A stretch of 10,172 nucleotides of DNA from Candidatus Iainarchaeum sp. (GTDB lineage Archaea; Iainarchaeota; Iainarchaeia; Iainarchaeales; 0-14-0-20-30-16). The stretch covers positions 1-10,172 of the forward strand of contig CAIWXP010000065.1 in assembly GCA_903916665.1 (NCBI GenBank), given 5' to 3'. Below are positions 7,106 through 10,172 of this stretch, piece by piece. The notes under the pieces were generated by a model. That model made no database searches. It was not told the DNA's origin and saw only the letters and a list, made by a program, of their open reading frames with translations. Numbering within the stretch: the stretch's first letter is position 1; every line of letters starts with the position of its first letter. Made by a program: the position numbers and the translations under genes.

Positions 7106-7639
7106 ATGTCTGAATTAAAACGTTCGCCATTAAGAAAATTAGAAGAAAGATTTGGTAGAATAAAATCAGAAGATCAAGCGCAACAAATTGCTGATGTTGC
7201 AAGAACAGAATTAGTTAGACGAAAAAAAGAATTATTATTTGAATTTAGAAAACGAATTAATGTTGAACAAAAAGGTTTAAGTGTAACTATTACAATTCCT
7301 GATTTAAATGGAAATTATTTTGCAATATTAAAAGGACGATTAATGCAAGATGGATTTTTTCATATAGTTTTAGTTTCTGTTGGTGAATTAGAAGGCCAGG
7401 GTGATCAATCAAATTTTAAATATAGAGATCCATTACGAAAATTAGGCGTAGATAAATTATTAATGGATTATACAATAAAATGGGCAAGAATGAATGGTCA
7501 CAACGGAATAACATTAGAATGTAAATATAATTTAATGGACCATTATAAAAAATTTGGATTTGTTGAAGATCATATTCCTCAAAGTGATTATTATGAAAGT
7601 TTGGGCGAGTGGCGAACAATGACATTAAATTTTAATTAA
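7106..7639 (+). CDS. GNAT-fold N-acetyltransferase (short core) with a charged helical N-terminal extension of about 55 aa
   Basis: The C-terminal part, YRDPLRKLGVDKLLMDYTIKWARMNGHNGITLECKYNLMDHYKKFGFVED, matches GNAT motif A and B logic: R-x-x-G-x-[G/A] (here RKLGVD, aa 111-116, nt 7436-7453), then a helix, then a strand, then ...Y.K.GF. The N-terminal 55 aa (SELKRSPLRKLEERFGRIKSEDQAQQIADVARTELVRRKKELLFEFRKR) have no GNAT counterpart. The start is 5 nt after the upstream TGA. Confidence 0.62.
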   Translation: MSELKRSPLRKLEERFGRIKSEDQAQQIADVARTELVRRKKELLFEFRKRINVEQKGLSVTITIPDLNGNYFAILKGRLMQDGFFHIVLVSVGELEGQGDQSNFKYRDPLRKLGVDKLLMDYTIKWARMNGHNGITLECKYNLMDHYKKFGFVEDHIPQSDYYESLGEWRTMTLNFN

Positions 7640-8199
7640 TCTTCTTCAACTTCTAAATCTATTTCTTTTGATAGTTGATTTTTTAATACTCTTCCCTTTG
7701 GTACTTGACTTTTTATTGCACCATTATTTATTATTCCAACACCATAAACTTCTTTATTGTATTTTAAAATTAAGTAATTTTTAAATTCATTGGCTGCATT
7801 TATTTTTATTTCAGATCCGCGAGTAAATTCATCCAATTGTTCTTTAGTCATTTCATAGTAATTTTTTGTTATTTTATCATTTAAAAATACTGCAAAGTTA
7901 GTTGTCATTTTAGGAACTTCAAAGGCATTTCTCAGCGCTCTTAAACCCAGAGAATTAATATTTAAATTTTTTCCAATGCCAATCATACTTTTTGCTGCTT
8001 TATTTGTTATCCAAATATCTTTTCCTCTTTTTAATAATATTAATGATTCTAAATAATCCAAAGCTATGCCGTAGGTTTCATTCAAATAGATCTGTAATTT
8101 TTTTGTTTCTATTTTTCCTAATTCTTCTGGATCGGGGTCTATTCGTCTATCTTCATCTTGCAAACGAAAAAACCTTCGATGTTTGTTTTTTGTGGCCAT
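7636..8199 (-). CDS. Nip7-like / PUA-domain RNA-binding protein
   Basis: The 187-aa ORF has an architecture and C-terminal segment (NYLILKYNKEVYGVGIINNGAIKSQVPKGRVLKNQ) that resemble the archaeal Nip7 PUA domain (..VVVLN..G.iIGIG.....ikN..d.G..L). A GTGAT motif at 8206-8210 lies 6 nt upstream of the ATG at 8199. The first 61 nt overlap the methyltransferase gene in the -1 frame. The ORF sits downstream of a Nop2/Sun-type methyltransferase. Confidence 0.6.
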   Translation of the reverse strand: MATKNKHRRFFRLQDEDRRIDPDPEELGKIETKKLQIYLNETYGIALDYLESLILLKRGKDIWITNKAAKSMIGIGKNLNINSLGLRALRNAFEVPKMTTNFAVFLNDKITKNYYEMTKEQLDEFTRGSEIKINAANEFKNYLILKYNKEVYGVGIINNGAIKSQVPKGRVLKNQLSKEIDLEVEED

Positions 8200-9071
8200 A
8201 GTTTTATCACTTTTTTAACTTCTTTATTATATTCTTTTCCATCAAATTCTGTTCTTCCTTGTGATGTTTCTAATCCTTCAAAAGAAACTTTTTCCAATGA
8301 AATATTATCATATTTATTTAATGCATAGTCAATTATTGCCTCATCTTCTTCTGGAGATAAAGTACAGGTAGAATAAATAATTGTTCCACCTTTTTTTGTG
8401 CAGGCAATTGCACTATCTAATAGTTGTTTTTGTAATCTTGAATTTTCAATAACTTTGTTTTGAGACCAAACATATCTTGCTTTAATATCTTTTTGAAACG
8501 TGCCTTCTCCAGAACAAGGAGCATCCAATAAAACTTTATCAAACATTCCTGTGTAATGAGAAAATTTTCTACCATCATTTCTTGTTATACAACAATTAAT
8601 ACAACCAGATCTATCCAAATTATCTTGCAAAGGACTAATTCTTTGTATGCTGGGTTCATTGGCAACAATAATTCCTGTATTTTTCATGTGCATACACATT
8701 TGTGTAGTTTTTGATCCTGGTGCTGCAGCCATATCTAAAATATATTCTCCTTCCTTAGGATCTAAAGCAATAACAGGTAGCATTGATGATGCTTCTTGAA
8801 CATATATTTTCCCAAGGTAATGGTCATAGGTATTTCCTATGGCTTGTTTTTTGGCAGTTTTAATAAAATATCCATATTTATACCAAGGCATTTTATCAAC
8901 AACATATTCATAGGACTCTAAAGATTCAACCACTTCTTTAGTAGTACCTCTTAAAGTATTTACTCTTATACTTTTTCTCAAAGGCGTGTCTAAAGCAGTT
9001 TTTAACTTTTCAAGCTCGGCTTCAGTTAACATTTTTGCCATTTTATTTATGAATGCTTCAGGAAAGAACAT
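8139..9071 (-). CDS. NOL1/NOP2/Sun-family RNA (cytosine-C5)-methyltransferase (archaeal Nop2/Trm4-like)
   Basis: The SAM motif I is DMAAAPGSKT (aa 113-122). Motif IV is DAPCSGEG with catalytic Cys186, and motif VI is YSTCTLSPEEDE with Cys236. IYVQEASSMLP and the C-terminal EGFFVCKMK strand are also typical of the family. A GTGAT motif at 9075-9079 lies 3 nt upstream of the ATG. Confidence 0.88.
   Translation of the reverse strand: MFFPEAFINKMAKMLTEAELEKLKTALDTPLRKSIRVNTLRGTTKEVVESLESYEYVVDKMPWYKYGYFIKTAKKQAIGNTYDHYLGKIYVQEASSMLPVIALDPKEGEYILDMAAAPGSKTTQMCMHMKNTGIIVANEPSIQRISPLQDNLDRSGCINCCITRNDGRKFSHYTGMFDKVLLDAPCSGEGTFQKDIKARYVWSQNKVIENSRLQKQLLDSAIACTKKGGTIIYSTCTLSPEEDEAIIDYALNKYDNISLEKVSFEGLETSQGRTEFDGKEYNKEVKKVIKLWPQKTNIEGFFVCKMKIDE
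8166..8172 (-). other. Canonical -1 frameshift-type slippery heptamer U UUU UUC inside the 61-nt gene overlap
   Basis: The plus strand reads GAAAAAA at 8166-8172, so the mRNA reads GGU UUU UUC in the methyltransferase frame (I checked codon phase against the stop at 8139-8141). A -1 slip would enter the frame of the downstream PUA ORF. No function is demonstrated, and the run is also a homopolymer prone to indel error. Confidence 0.3.
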
Positions 9072-9165
9072 TAAATCACAGTGTATATTTATAAAGTTTA
9101 TCTCACAATTAATATTTACAAATTATATATTACTAATTTATATATCTTAGAATATTAGATACATA

Positions 9166-9175
9166 AAATATATAT
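9166..9175 (+). promoter_or_regulatory. Possible TATA box for tRNA-Lys
   Basis: AAATATATAT is centred about 37 nt upstream of the mature tRNA 5' end, which would give a short 5' leader at the usual archaeal TATA-to-TSS spacing. The context is AT-rich, so specificity is low. Confidence 0.25.
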
Positions 9176-9207
9176 TCCAGTTGCCTTTGTCTTTTTTAAA
9201 AAGCTTT

Positions 9208-9281
9208 GGCCCCTTAGCTCAGTCTGGTAGAGCATCAGGCTTTTAACCTGAGTGTCGTGGGTTCGAATCCCCCAGGGGTCA
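9208..9281 (+). tRNA. tRNA-Lys (anticodon UUU), no encoded CCA
   Basis: I folded the cloverleaf by hand. The acceptor stem is GGCCCCT/AGGGGTC (with a G2-U71 wobble). The D arm is GCTC-AGTCTGGTA-GAGC. The anticodon arm is TCAGG-CTTTTAA-CCTGA, with the anticodon TTT at 9242-9244. The variable loop is GTGTC. The T arm is GTGGG-TTCGAAT-CCCCC, with one U50-C64 mismatch. The discriminator is A at 9281. Total length is 74 nt. Confidence 0.9.
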
Positions 9282-9284
9282 TAG

Positions 9285-9299
9285 TTTATTTTTTTCTTT
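9285..9299 (+). terminator. Oligo-T termination signal after the tRNA
   Basis: The sequence TTTATTTTTTTCTTT begins 4 nt after the tRNA and includes a T7 run at 9289-9295. Oligo-T tracts are the usual archaeal (and Pol III-like) termination signal. Confidence 0.5.
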
Positions 9300-9325
9300 C
9301 TCGAAAATCAAAAATAAACTAAGAT

Positions 9326-9360
9326 CCTCGAAAGCTCTGTTTTCACAAGCCGATTCGAGG
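9326..9360. repeat. 7-bp inverted repeat (CCTCGAA / TTCGAGG) inside a roughly 50% GC patch; candidate structured RNA or binding site
   Basis: CCTCGAA at 9326-9332 pairs perfectly with TTCGAGG at 9354-9360, leaving a 21-nt loop. A further GCT/AGC pairing (9334-9336 with 9348-9350) is possible inside the loop. The patch 9323-9363 has 21/41 G+C by hand count, within an AT-rich spacer. Confidence 0.4.
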
Positions 9361-9413
9361 CTCATAATATTATATTTATTTACTTTTTCTAATTCTATTT
9401 TATATTTAAATTT

Positions 9414-10076
9414 ATGCTCTTTATTAATATTATGACTAAATCTAATTATTTTTGCAAATCTACAGAAGAAGACTTTTCAACAAAAACTTTAAAAGGAAAA
9501 AATAAAGTTACTTTTCAAACCATAGAGGACATGGTTAAAACTAAAACAATTAAACCAAATACAAAAAGTTTTGGAAAACAAATGCGGTTATCTTGCACTT
9601 TTTTGAATAAAAATTATTTGAAAACCTATAGACCACAAGGAATAATTTTTAAGACAAATCAAAAACCTCATGAAGTATATCCTTTTGATTTAGTTTTATT
9701 AAGTAATGCAAAAAAAATAATAGTTCATTATTATAGAATAAAAAATAATTTACATCTTTATTATAATCATCATTTGATTCCTGGTTTTGAAAAATTCGTA
9801 TTTAAAGATTTCGAATCAATGTTAAAAACAATTTCTTCTCCCAAAGATGGTTGGAAAAAAGTAAATGCATTTAGAAAGAAAAATGGATTTGGTGTTTTAC
9901 AAAAACAAAAATATAGATTAGTAGAATATAATGAAATAGTATTTCAGAAACCCGTTAAAATAATTCCCATTGCTATTTTTGGCTATAGAAAAGAATCAAA
10001 GGAATTGGCAAAAAAACTAGGGCTAAAACACTATATTTCTGCAAAAGCATTTTATGAAACAATAAGGAATGTTTAA
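9414..10076 (+). CDS. Hypothetical protein (orphan, Lys-rich, host-like composition)
   Basis: The ORF is 220 aa and I recognise no motif in it. The in-frame ATG at 9432 (MTKSNYF...) may be the true start, because a TATA-like TTTTATATTT (9398-9407) lies about 27-29 nt upstream of it and no SD is present, which fits a leaderless pattern. Confidence 0.55.
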   Translation: MLFINIMTKSNYFCKSTEEDFSTKTLKGKNKVTFQTIEDMVKTKTIKPNTKSFGKQMRLSCTFLNKNYLKTYRPQGIIFKTNQKPHEVYPFDLVLLSNAKKIIVHYYRIKNNLHLYYNHHLIPGFEKFVFKDFESMLKTISSPKDGWKKVNAFRKKNGFGVLQKQKYRLVEYNEIVFQKPVKIIPIAIFGYRKESKELAKKLGLKHYISAKAFYETIRNV

Positions 10077-10172
10077 TTAATTCAAATATTTACTAATTTT
10101 TGGTTATTGTTACAGTTAAATATATATATTGTATTTGCGTAGGTTTACTATGACTGATAATATCCTGTTTAG

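Noticed and set aside
7416-7625. 69-aa minus-strand ORF inside the GNAT gene, and the 7992-8201 plus-strand ORF inside the PUA gene
   Set aside because: Both are antisense to ORFs with recognisable domain motifs, and their products look like frame artefacts (runs of L, F and I).
7106-7639. Canonical GNAT/RHH (TacAT, AtaRT or KacAT-type) toxin-antitoxin pair
   Set aside because: No DUF1778 or RHH antitoxin gene precedes the GNAT. The upstream genes are a membrane protein and a CSD-like protein, so at best this would be a non-canonical arrangement. I treat it as an open hypothesis in the findings.
9348-9363. Possible att-type duplicate of the tRNA 3' end (GCCGATTCGAGGCTC versus GGGTTCGAATCCCCC)
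   Set aside because: Only the TTCGA core is shared, which is far too short and divergent to call an integration direct repeat. No integrase is present in the window.
9414-10076. An R...S...E residue pattern (TYRPQG, LLSNA, YNEIVF) hinting at an ADP-ribosyltransferase-like toxin in the 220-aa orphan protein
   Set aside because: The spacing and motif contexts do not match canonical R-S-E ARTs (there is no [QE]-x-E). The pattern is easily produced by chance and cannot be supported without profile or structure searches.
10150-10172. Possible gene start ATGACTGATAATATCCTGTTTAG (MTDNILF...) at the right edge, which shares AGGTT..ATGACTGAT with the start of the 67-aa gene (6166-6179)
   Set aside because: Only 7 codons are visible, so no call is possible. 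The shared 9+5 nt could be coincidence in AT-rich DNA. The TATA-like box at 10116-10130 makes a real start plausible but unproven.
1-10172. Alternative genetic code, CRISPR arrays, IS elements or terminal inverted repeats, and rRNA
   Set aside because: TAA, TAG and TGA all terminate well-formed ORFs at the expected protein ends, so the standard code fits. Reading by eye, I found no spaced direct-repeat array, transposase or integrase motifs, or rRNA-like segments. Short AT-rich repeats were judged to be low-complexity background.

Overview
The window is very AT-rich (about 15-30% G+C by my hand counts of 60-nt lines) and gene-dense. Several features fit a small-genome, low-GC archaeon of the DPANN type, though this taxonomic call is inference. 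These are an XPD/Rad3 Fe-S helicase, a Nop2/Sun RNA m5C methyltransferase followed by a Nip7-like PUA protein, a tRNA-Lys(UUU) without encoded CCA, TATA-like boxes about 26 nt upstream of leaderless-looking starts, and GTGAT Shine-Dalgarno motifs elsewhere. Gene order is as follows. On the minus strand there is an ndk > tldD-like > pmbA-like operon (2164 down to 1; the last gene is not in the ORF track and runs off the left edge). On the plus strand there are a SpoIIM-family membrane protein and an XPD helicase (2247-4911, 1-nt spacer), an MFS transporter (4928-6109), and a tightly packed three-gene cassette (6171-7639). On the minus strand there are the Nop2/Sun methyltransferase (9071-8139) and the Nip7/PUA-like protein (8199-7636), which overlap by 61 nt. 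On the plus strand there are tRNA-Lys (9208-9281), an orphan 220-aa ORF (9414-10076), and a possible gene start at 10150. The best candidate for something undescribed is the 6171-7639 cassette. It encodes a 67-aa cold-shock-domain-like beta-barrel protein that lacks the aromatic RNA-binding motifs, a 241-aa membrane-anchored orphan protein, and a short GNAT acetyltransferase with a charged N-terminal extension. It is visibly richer in G+C and Arg than its neighbours and matches no pathway or operon I recognise. Secondary points are the 61-nt methyltransferase/PUA overlap, which contains a canonical -1 slippery heptamer (U UUU UUC) as well as an internal SD+ATG; a roughly 50% GC hairpin patch just downstream of the tRNA; and the tRNA-flanked orphan gene. 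I saw no CRISPR array, IS element, integrase or rRNA. All homology statements come from motif recognition by eye, since no searches were possible.
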